Positions 56,772 through 64,000 of a DNA stretch of 64,000 bases are shown piece by piece. The position numbers and the translations under genes are program-made. Every line of letters starts with the position of its first letter. Position 1 is the stretch's first letter. The DNA lies in the IMG/VR virus record IMGVR_UViG_3300020399_000132, positions 96,001-160,000 of that record; one strand, 5' to 3'. The notes beneath the pieces are model-generated. The model saw only the letters and a list, made by a program, of their open reading frames with translations, searched no databases and had not been told where the DNA came from. Origin of the DNA: a virus. Lineage: Duplodnaviria > Caudoviricetes.

Positions 56772-57755
56772 CTATAGATAATTATCAAACACTGTTCGAT
56801 GAACAGTAACTACTTGTTGATCAGAAGAAGTAGTAACTTTTAATCGAACATTAGAGCCTGTTATATCTGACTCAATTATGGGCATCATTGAAATTATACC
56901 TATTTCCACATCGCCATATAGAGACAGTCCTGTATTTGTTCCGTCATGAACCAACATTGCTTGGCCCGTCCAATAAGCTTTGTTGTCTGTGGTATAATCT
57001 TCGCAGGTGACAATGTACTTAGCAGTTCTATATATATTTATATCAAAGGTATCTACTACAACTTGCCCGGCTAAAATCTGAATTGTTCGTGAAGCGGAGT
57101 ATCTTACTGTGCCCGTTGGGTTCTCAGCGGACGTTCCAGAATTAACTGAAAACGTTTTAGCTTTGGGATAATCTAAATCAAGATCATTCGGATTGAAGCT
57201 TGCCCAAGCGTCCGCTGATGGACTATATTGCCACATCATACCTTCTGTATAGGTATTGGGTTCAACATCATTTAATTCTGCAATATTTTTTTGAGATAGA
57301 TCTAAGTCAGCTGGATCAAGTGAAAAATCCGCATGAATCCACTTAGATGTATCCTGATTCCATTCTAGAACATTTCCATCTTCAATACCAGTTATAGTAA
57401 CATCGGTTAGTCCAGTTGTTTTTAATTGATCTTGAAAAGCTAATAATCTAGTACCGGAAATCACAGTTGAACCTATCACAACATTAGACCCAAAATCTAA
57501 ATATTCCGTGCCGGATTGTTCCGTTATTCCGATTGATCTAGTTGATATTGTAAGGGTATTACCTTGAAGATATAAATCACCAAAGGGTGCTGTTGTTTCA
57601 CCTAATGAAGGTGCTTTTTCGCCGGCGGCAACTGTTTTAGGTTTTAGATTAACAGTTAAATTTTCAAAATCAATATTACCTAAATGAATTATATTATCTT
57701 GTGAAGCAATTAAATTGATTTCCCCTTGTCGTCCGTCTTCATACAGTAGAGTCAT
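56772..57755 (-). CDS. Virion structural protein, paralog B
   Basis: Full-length paralog of 55824-56750. Confidence 0.7.
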   Translation of the reverse strand: MTLLYEDGRQGEINLIASQDNIIHLGNIDFENLTVNLKPKTVAAGEKAPSLGETTAPFGDLYLQGNTLTISTRSIGITEQSGTEYLDFGSNVVIGSTVISGTRLLAFQDQLKTTGLTDVTITGIEDGNVLEWNQDTSKWIHADFSLDPADLDLSQKNIAELNDVEPNTYTEGMMWQYSPSADAWASFNPNDLDLDYPKAKTFSVNSGTSAENPTGTVRYSASRTIQILAGQVVVDTFDINIYRTAKYIVTCEDYTTDNKAYWTGQAMLVHDGTNTGLSLYGDVEIGIISMMPIIESDITGSNVRLKVTTSSDQQVVTVHRTVFDNYL

Positions 57756-57757
57756 CT

Positions 57758-58141
57758 TTAACCTTCAAGTAATAGTTTATTGCCGGATTCTAGTAAAGTT
57801 GCACCTTTTGGACTTGCGGTAGGTCTTAATACTAATGTTCCCTCTATTACGCGTCTGGTTATATCAAATTCGGAGTTATGAATAACAATGTCATAATTAT
57901 AACGGCCGGAAGGAATATCATCGGATACGGAACCCAATAATCTTAATTGCACTGCGCCCGTCGTAGGGCTTGTTATAGTAGTGGTAAATTTATATACTTT
58001 GTTTGCACCGGTCCACTTTTGAAAATAAGCTTCAGCCGTATAGCCTGTTAAATCAGTTGAGCCGCCGCTATCATTTTTAACTGTTAATGATAAAGTATAA
58101 TCAGAACCTTGATCTGCAAATATATTTACAATAGATGCCAT
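57758..58141 (-). CDS. Baseplate/virion protein (BppU-N-like)
   Basis: NIFADQGSDY, DLTGYTA, GRYNYDI..RVIEG. Confidence 0.65.
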   Translation of the reverse strand: MASIVNIFADQGSDYTLSLTVKNDSGGSTDLTGYTAEAYFQKWTGANKVYKFTTTITSPTTGAVQLRLLGSVSDDIPSGRYNYDIVIHNSEFDITRRVIEGTLVLRPTASPKGATLLESGNKLLLEG

Positions 58142-58160
58142 ATAATTTCTCCTTATACAT

Positions 58161-58168
58161 TATTTATA
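58161..58168 (-). promoter_or_regulatory. T4-type late promoter TATAAATA
   Basis: Exact consensus ahead of RBS AAGGAG of structural operon. Confidence 0.8.
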
Positions 58169-58177
58169 ATACCTCAT

Positions 58178-58945
58178 CTATTCCCAAAAATACTTATTAT
58201 GAATTTTAAAATTAGAGCAATCTCTCTTATGGTTACCTGTAAACATATCATAGTCTAAGGGTAAGTTGGTTGCCTTCATCCAGTCTTCTAAGAATGTATG
58301 ATTTCTAATAGGAAGTCTATTTACACACATTTCTTCGGATATAGCATGACTATATTCTTGTGTTGTTTCCAGACCAACGATCCAATTTCTGCTTGAGACT
58401 TCCATTATTTGTAACCTAAACTTTTCAAGAGGTATTGAGCTATTATATTGTTTATGTTGCCAATTACCTATTTCAGATGAAAAGCCTGTATAAAAAAAAT
58501 AACGGTGGGTGTGGTGATTGAGTGGAGGGGACACTTGTTTATGTAATCTACTGAAGGTGTACTCCAATTGTTTTCGCGCAGTGTTTACAGGGCGTAATTG
58601 AGGCTTAAATTTTACTAATACATGTTTTACGTGAGGAATATCATGTGGTTGATATTTATTAATTACTCCGTCGTCTTCTATCCATATGTTAGTCAATTCA
58701 TAATCACATGCATTTATAACCCAATTTCCAGGATCATTCCATGCTTTATCTGCTAAAAAAGTTACATCATCTGGAACATTCATTCTATTGCGATCTGATA
58801 TATTCCAGGAATAATCAAACAAATCTTCTCCTGTTCCAGATCCGTTTTCTTCCATCTCAGAACGTCTAGACCAATATGTATATCGTTCCAGACCTATTCC
58901 TCTGGCTGCTATAGAAACACCAGGACCGCTAACATAAATTTCCAT
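58178..58945 (-). CDS. Hypothetical protein
   Basis: Abuts queE stop. Confidence 0.55.
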   Translation of the reverse strand: MEIYVSGPGVSIAARGIGLERYTYWSRRSEMEENGSGTGEDLFDYSWNISDRNRMNVPDDVTFLADKAWNDPGNWVINACDYELTNIWIEDDGVINKYQPHDIPHVKHVLVKFKPQLRPVNTARKQLEYTFSRLHKQVSPPLNHHTHRYFFYTGFSSEIGNWQHKQYNSSIPLEKFRLQIMEVSSRNWIVGLETTQEYSHAISEEMCVNRLPIRNHTFLEDWMKATNLPLDYDMFTGNHKRDCSNFKIHNKYFWE

Positions 58946-59911
58946 TCATGTGCCCCATTTATTACCAAATAAATCTACATGTAATCTGGGCGAATATTTA
59001 AAGCCATGCTTCATTGCCATTTCAGCAACATTAAATTTTGTATTTTCTAACATCTCAGCTGTTCCACCAACTGGCATTAAATAAATATCTATATAATCTT
59101 CCCACCGAGTGTATTCAAGTTCTATTTGCTTAATTTCCTCAATATCCTGTTCATCTTGAACCACAAATTTTAAATACAAATGTGAATTTTGCACTTCTTT
59201 ATACTGATGCCAATTTTCAGGTTTAATTGCTTTAAAACCCAATTCACCACTTATACTTAATTTTGGACTACATGACCACGTAATATGATGATCATAAAGA
59301 CTATACTCATGTAACCATTTAAGAAATTCATCCGTTAAAGCAAATGTACTATTTGTTTCAAATGTAATATTTTTAATATGTCTAAATGAAGGATGACCTA
59401 ATAAATCTGGCAATTGTTTCTGCCACATCATTGGTTCACCGCCTGTAATCACCAAATGAATATCCTGTTTATTATCTTCATAATACCATTTTTTATCAGG
59501 ACAAAGATCTATTAGTTTTTCAGCTATTACATCAGCCTCTTCAAATGTTGATAGATGCATATATTCTTTTGCCCAGCTTGCAGAACTATCACATCCTATT
59601 TTCATTACAGGTAATTCTTCAATACTCTTGTACTGACTAACATCAAGTTTTTTCCAAGGCATTTCATCTCGTGGAATTAATTGCCCTCTAGGTTGTCCAA
59701 ATCCAGGACACTCAAAATTACACCCAAATAATCTTAAAAATACACTTGGTGTTCCTACAAATCTTCCTTCGCCCTGAATGCTATAAAACATTTCAGAATG
59801 TCTAAGTTTTTTCACAGTTCTTTTCTCTTTTTTTTTCAATTCTCTCTCACCTTTTTGTAATTCTTTTATGACCTCTGGAATTCCTGTTCCATCTTTGTAA
59901 ACCTTAATCAT
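58946..59911 (-). CDS. queE: 7-carboxy-7-deazaguanine synthase
   Basis: EMFYSIQGEG, FLRLFGCNFEC..GCDS, VITGGEP, FETN, SPKL, SPRLHV. Confidence 0.92.
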   Translation of the reverse strand: MIKVYKDGTGIPEVIKELQKGERELKKKEKRTVKKLRHSEMFYSIQGEGRFVGTPSVFLRLFGCNFECPGFGQPRGQLIPRDEMPWKKLDVSQYKSIEELPVMKIGCDSSASWAKEYMHLSTFEEADVIAEKLIDLCPDKKWYYEDNKQDIHLVITGGEPMMWQKQLPDLLGHPSFRHIKNITFETNSTFALTDEFLKWLHEYSLYDHHITWSCSPKLSISGELGFKAIKPENWHQYKEVQNSHLYLKFVVQDEQDIEEIKQIELEYTRWEDYIDIYLMPVGGTAEMLENTKFNVAEMAMKHGFKYSPRLHVDLFGNKWGT

Positions 59912-60423
59912 TATTCATCTACGTCGAATAAATCTTCATTCCATTCTCTATGACCTTCACGCCATGCCATGTTGCTTTCTGTTTCACGTACTTCTACTCT
60001 ATAACACCAAAGTCTTTCTGCTTCGCCCTTTCCCCACATATCAGGAATGAATACTCCATTCATATATTTGTACAACATAGAAGAAAGCCCTTCACATCCA
60101 AGTTTTGGTAATACAGTAAGTTTTGCAATACCACGTTCTTGTAACTGTTTATAAAGATCTATTTCTGGGTCATCTTCTGCTACTAATAATGTATGATCGA
60201 ATTGCTCATCTAAGAAACTTTTGAGTTCTCCCAATCCACCATAATCTGCAACCCAATTTCTAACATCCAAATGATCTGTACCAAAAAAGAATCTCATAGT
60301 AAAACTGTAACCATGAATAACATTACAATGACTATCGGCCTTGTATTGTCTATATGCACATGGAAATTTGTCTACATATTCTTTTGTGCTATTATATTTG
60401 TATATTCTTGGCTCTTTATTCAT
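59911..60423 (-). CDS. queD: 6-carboxytetrahydropterin synthase
   Basis: HCNVIHGY, FDHTLL, GCE, VEVRET; start MNKEP. Confidence 0.85.
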   Translation of the reverse strand: MNKEPRIYKYNSTKEYVDKFPCAYRQYKADSHCNVIHGYSFTMRFFFGTDHLDVRNWVADYGGLGELKSFLDEQFDHTLLVAEDDPEIDLYKQLQERGIAKLTVLPKLGCEGLSSMLYKYMNGVFIPDMWGKGEAERLWCYRVEVRETESNMAWREGHREWNEDLFDVDE

Positions 60424-60519
60424 ATTCCTCCTCCTCTTCTTCAGTCTCATCGAATTCTTCATCGATGTAATTATTAGCCCAGTCTTTATTTCGACGGCGT
60501 TCTTTTTTCGACATATTTT

Positions 60520-61092
60520 TTAAAATGTCTTTACTAAAACTCTCTCTTGTTTTTTGTTGTTTAAATGACTTTGCCATAGTGTTGGACTCGATGTTTTTAT
60601 TTTTTTAAGAAACATTCTTCGTTTTTTCCTCGCATTTTGTATATAAATTTGGCTCGCTCCATCATAAAAAATTTTTCCCTTTATATGATCCATTTCATGT
60701 AAAAAGATACGAGCAGATAGATCAGAAAAATAACCATTAAGGGGGTTGTTTTCAGCATCCTCCCAAGATGCAGATAAACTCTTAGGTCTACTTATTTTAA
60801 TATATAATCCGGGATATGTCAAGCAACCTTCAGTTTCCCAAACAAATTCTTCCGACTCTTCAATAATTTGAGGATTAAATAATACCATGCTATTTCCTTC
60901 ATGATTCATAGCAAATGCACTATATTGATAACCTATCTGATTTGCAGATAATCCTACTCCATCATAGTATTTCATATTTTCTATTAATTCATCCCGAAAT
61001 TCAATGGGGTCAACCGGAGGGCTCCAGAAGCTAAATGGAATAGTTTCCTTTTCTAATAATTCATGCCCTTCTGGCACCAAAGGTTTAATCAT
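60520..61092 (-). CDS. def: Peptide deformylase
   Basis: GVGLSANQIG, EGCLT, HEMDH. Confidence 0.93.
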   Translation of the reverse strand: MIKPLVPEGHELLEKETIPFSFWSPPVDPIEFRDELIENMKYYDGVGLSANQIGYQYSAFAMNHEGNSMVLFNPQIIEESEEFVWETEGCLTYPGLYIKISRPKSLSASWEDAENNPLNGYFSDLSARIFLHEMDHIKGKIFYDGASQIYIQNARKKRRMFLKKIKTSSPTLWQSHLNNKKQERVLVKTF

Positions 61093-62801
61093 AATATTAC
61101 ACTAAAGTTTTTTCGTTTTTCAAATTTCATATGGACTCTAAATTTATCATATAAAGTATCCCCCTTATGAGAAATTACAAAAACATTTATAGTTTCTCCC
61201 TGTTCATTAACTATCTTCATAAATTCATCTGTTCCGTCGCCATCTAAGGAACTATCAAATACTTCATCCAATATTAATAAATTAGTATTAACTGAATTTT
61301 TTAATTTAGCAACGGTCCTCCATGTAAACAATAATGCTAAATCAATACGCATTTTCTCTCCCTCACTAAAAGAATCATACGTAAAATCATCCCTATATCT
61401 TGACTTTATCTCTTCATTAAAGTTCTCATCTAAATTAAAAGATACAAAGAAATTCATTTGAGTTAAATATTTGTTAATCAATTTATTCATGATTGGCAAA
61501 TATTGTTTTATAATTCTAGATTTTATTCCTTCATCTTTTAAAATACTTTTGGCTGTTTCATTTATAAATTTTTCTTCAATTAATTCCTCTGTTTGAACCT
61601 TTATTTCCTCAAACTCTTTCCCATATTCCTTTAATTTCTTTTTTTCATCATTTATATCGCCAGTATCTTGTTCTAAATGATTTATACTTTCTTGTTGTTT
61701 TTTAACATATTGATCAATAACACTTATGCCATTATTAATTGTTTGTACTGTTGTCTGGTGATCTTGTATGTTTTCTTGAATTGATTGTATTGAAGATAAT
61801 CGATCTCTGATTGCATTAAGTTCTTCATCAATTTTATCGATTGCTGTTCTGAATTCTTTAATCTTTTCTTGCTTTTGAATAATTTCTTTGTGTTTGAAGG
61901 CGTGGTCGATGTTTTGTTTACATGTTGGACAATCATCATTTGTCTCAAAGAAGGAGATATTCTTTTGTTCGGAATCAACATTTCTGAGAATGGAACGTTG
62001 ATATTCTGTAAGTTTATCATGCTTATTATTCACCTGTTTGGCATCAGACACTTCATTTAAAAATTCTTCTACCGATTTATTAATTTCATCAATTTGTTTT
62101 ATGCGAGAATCTTTTTCATCTAAGGATTTTTTAATATCATTTTCATATTTTGAAATAAGAGTTTTAGTTTTACGTTTTAATTGTAATATATAATTCTCTT
62201 TTAAATCTATTTTATTTTCAAGTAAATCTTTAGCTGATTTAGTTTTATCTATTTTTAGTTTATTCTCTATCGCATATGTTTTAAGAATATTATTCATAGA
62301 AGAAAATATTTGTATGTCTAACAAGTCCTCTATAATATCTCTTCTGTCTGATGCTTTCAATTGCATGAAAGGAACAAATGAAGAATTTCCCAAAATTACT
62401 ATTTGAGTAAATGATTTATAATTTAACTTTAATACATTTTTTTCTAAAAATTCTTGAAAATCTCTTACATTAGCATTTTGTTGTAATTGAACACCATCTG
62501 TTTCTATTTCAAAGAAATTTGGCTTAATTCCTCTGCGAACTAAAATATGTTTTTTACCAACTAAAAATTCTACCTCAACAACTGCTTCTCTTTCGTTAAC
62601 AGAATTTACTAATTGAGGTTTATTGACATTGCGAAATGGTTTACCAAATAAGCCGAATGTTAAGGCATCAAGCATAGTACTTTTGCCTGCGCCGTTATCT
62701 CCAATGATAAGTGTAGTTTTAGATCTATCCAGATCTATCTGGGTAAAAACGTTGCCGCTACTTAAAAAGTTTTTATAGCGCACAGATTTAAATACTATCA
62801 T
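61089..62801 (-). CDS. T4 gp46-like recombination endonuclease subunit (Rad50/SbcC)
   Basis: GDNGAGKS Walker A, CPTC hook, FSEGEK, LILDE, VISH. Confidence 0.96.
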   Translation of the reverse strand: MIVFKSVRYKNFLSSGNVFTQIDLDRSKTTLIIGDNGAGKSTMLDALTFGLFGKPFRNVNKPQLVNSVNEREAVVEVEFLVGKKHILVRRGIKPNFFEIETDGVQLQQNANVRDFQEFLEKNVLKLNYKSFTQIVILGNSSFVPFMQLKASDRRDIIEDLLDIQIFSSMNNILKTYAIENKLKIDKTKSAKDLLENKIDLKENYILQLKRKTKTLISKYENDIKKSLDEKDSRIKQIDEINKSVEEFLNEVSDAKQVNNKHDKLTEYQRSILRNVDSEQKNISFFETNDDCPTCKQNIDHAFKHKEIIQKQEKIKEFRTAIDKIDEELNAIRDRLSSIQSIQENIQDHQTTVQTINNGISVIDQYVKKQQESINHLEQDTGDINDEKKKLKEYGKEFEEIKVQTEELIEEKFINETAKSILKDEGIKSRIIKQYLPIMNKLINKYLTQMNFFVSFNLDENFNEEIKSRYRDDFTYDSFSEGEKMRIDLALLFTWRTVAKLKNSVNTNLLILDEVFDSSLDGDGTDEFMKIVNEQGETINVFVISHKGDTLYDKFRVHMKFEKRKNFSVIL

Positions 62802-63109
62802 TAATTCTCAACTAAAAATCTAGGCTTGCTACCATTTTCGAATTGATATTCATTATCTTTTAGCTGATTTTTTAATACTTGAGATACGAGCTGATTTAAT
62901 GTTATATCGTTTTCATGAGCCATCAACATCAATTTGAGTAAATCTGGCTCATCTATTTCAACTTCTACATTTTTTGCTTTTAATTTTGTTTCTTTTTCGT
63001 GGGATTTATCATCCATAAAAATTCTCTCTGCTTCTTTCAATGAACAATTATGTTCTCTGGCTATTTCAGGTAAACGCTCACCATAAAACCAATTTGCGTT
63101 GTCACTCAT
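62801..63109 (-). CDS. Hypothetical DNA-binding protein
   Basis: LMLMAHENDITLNQLV ribbon-helix-helix-like tail. Confidence 0.5.
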   Translation of the reverse strand: MSDNANWFYGERLPEIAREHNCSLKEAERIFMDDKSHEKETKLKAKNVEVEIDEPDLLKLMLMAHENDITLNQLVSQVLKNQLKDNEYQFENGSKPRFLVEN

Positions 63110-63110
63110 A

Positions 63111-64000
63111 TTACTCTAAGGTTAAAGATTCATTATATAGGTTTCTCATTAAAATGTCAAGTCTTTTTTTATCTGCAATTGTATCCATTTGATCTATATA
63201 CGAAGATAAAATAGTCATAGTATCTTGAGCTTCATCAACGAATGTTTCATCATTATCTAATTCGGCAAAAGATTCAACAACAGTAATATCCCCTACTCCA
63301 GATTTATACATTTTATCTAATATAACATCAAATAGATATGGATTAGTTTTATTTTCAACAATTATTTTAATATAACAATTTTTCCATTTATCAAAACTTA
63401 CTCCTTGAACTGTTTCCGTGGTCCAATCTAAGTCATTATAAAAATACTTATGAAACATTTCATTAGGATTTTCAACAAACGTTAATTCTCTTGTTTCAAA
63501 ATCAAATATATGAAATCCTCGTGGATCCTTATAATCCATCCAATTAGTTTGATAGGGGTTTCCGAGATAGTAAATAGTACCGTTATCTGACTTATGATGA
63601 AAGTGACCACTGAAAACCATGTCAAATTTATCAAATAACTTTCGATCCAATCCTTCAGCACAAAATTGCCCCCTAATCATTTCAAAACCATTTACTTCAA
63701 GATGTCCGAACATTAAATCACATTTAGTATTATTAATTAATTCAACGGCTCCTCCATAATTTTCCTTACATAACCATGGCATCATTATAAATGTTGAATC
63801 ACAATATGTTAATTCACAAGGGTTGCTATAAGTTGTAATATTAGAATATTCTTTTAATAAAAGAGTTGGAGAATTTATTTCATTGGTGGTTTTATAAAAT
63901 GTATCATGATTGCCGGCTAACATATGACATTCTATATCATTTTTCGCCAAGGGATTGAAAAACATATCTTTGGCATCATATAGAGATTTATAATTGACAA
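63111..64000 (-). CDS. T4 gp47-like recombination endonuclease subunit (Mre11/SbcD), 5' end outside window
   Basis: GNHD, GHLE, SGHFH, YLGNPY; next to gp46. Confidence 0.95.
   Translation of the reverse strand, partial: VNYKSLYDAKDMFFNPLAKNDIECHMLAGNHDTFYKTTNEINSPTLLLKEYSNITTYSNPCELTYCDSTFIMMPWLCKENYGGAVELINNTKCDLMFGHLEVNGFEMIRGQFCAEGLDRKLFDKFDMVFSGHFHHKSDNGTIYYLGNPYQTNWMDYKDPRGFHIFDFETRELTFVENPNEMFHKYFYNDLDWTTETVQGVSFDKWKNCYIKIIVENKTNPYLFDVILDKMYKSGVGDITVVESFAELDNDETFVDEAQDTMTILSSYIDQMDTIADKKRLDILMRNLYNESLTLE

Noticed and set aside
55859-56851. Diversity-generating retroelement TR/VR pair
   Set aside because: No reverse transcriptase in window; both copies coding; differences outside the tract are not adenine-specific
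58178-59911. TGA readthrough from queE into next ORF
   Set aside because: QueE ends at its usual C-terminus (GNKWGT) and the next ORF has its own ATG
1033-62060. Plus-strand ORFs in the six-frame track (e.g. 12533-13081, 21670-22113, 53911-54327)
   Set aside because: Antisense shadows of well-supported minus-strand genes; no recognisable motifs
1-64000. Genome-wide TGA or TAG reassignment
   Set aside because: Conserved genes end properly at TGA (prs, queE, iscU) and TAG with coupled overlaps; only one convincing in-frame TGA case
1-64000. Cellular chromosome origin suggested by prs, iscU, rpsU, glnII, clpP
   Set aside because: These genes are isolated among T4-like core, virion and small hypothetical genes on one strand with T4 late promoters, consistent with auxiliary phage genes

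Overview
AT-rich, gene-dense 64-kb segment of a large T4-like myophage genome, probably marine. Essentially all real genes lie on the minus strand. Phage assignment rests on gp46/gp47 recombination nuclease genes, a gp67-like prohead core protein, TATAAATA late promoters, internal-protein-like ORFs and a tail/virion module. Transcription order (right to left): gp47-gp46-def-queD-queE; a tail-fibre block with duplicated modules; AsnB-like amidotransferase and glycosyltransferases; bS21, IscU, two IscA, HtrA; a ~14-kb tightly coupled tailoring cluster (4 GT10-like, 4 SGNH-like, B12 radical SAM, amidinotransferase, StrG-like, DegT, 2OG-Fe enzymes); SET and SpeD; putative capsid-internal proteins; GSII; an early region with repeated sigma70 promoters and hairpin-rich non-coding DNA; 4 tRNAs, Prs, radical SAM, ClpS, ClpP. 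Top findings: (1) an in-frame TGA followed by a bacterial SECIS-like hairpin in a putative virion-packaged protein (candidate phage selenoprotein, 20645-21121); (2) a ~209-nt multi-stem RNA next to tRNA-Asn; (3) the amidino-/amino-sugar glycan-tailoring cluster; (4) protease-processed internal polyproteins carrying SutA-like and cationic amphipathic modules. All calls come from motif recognition by eye; no database searches were run.
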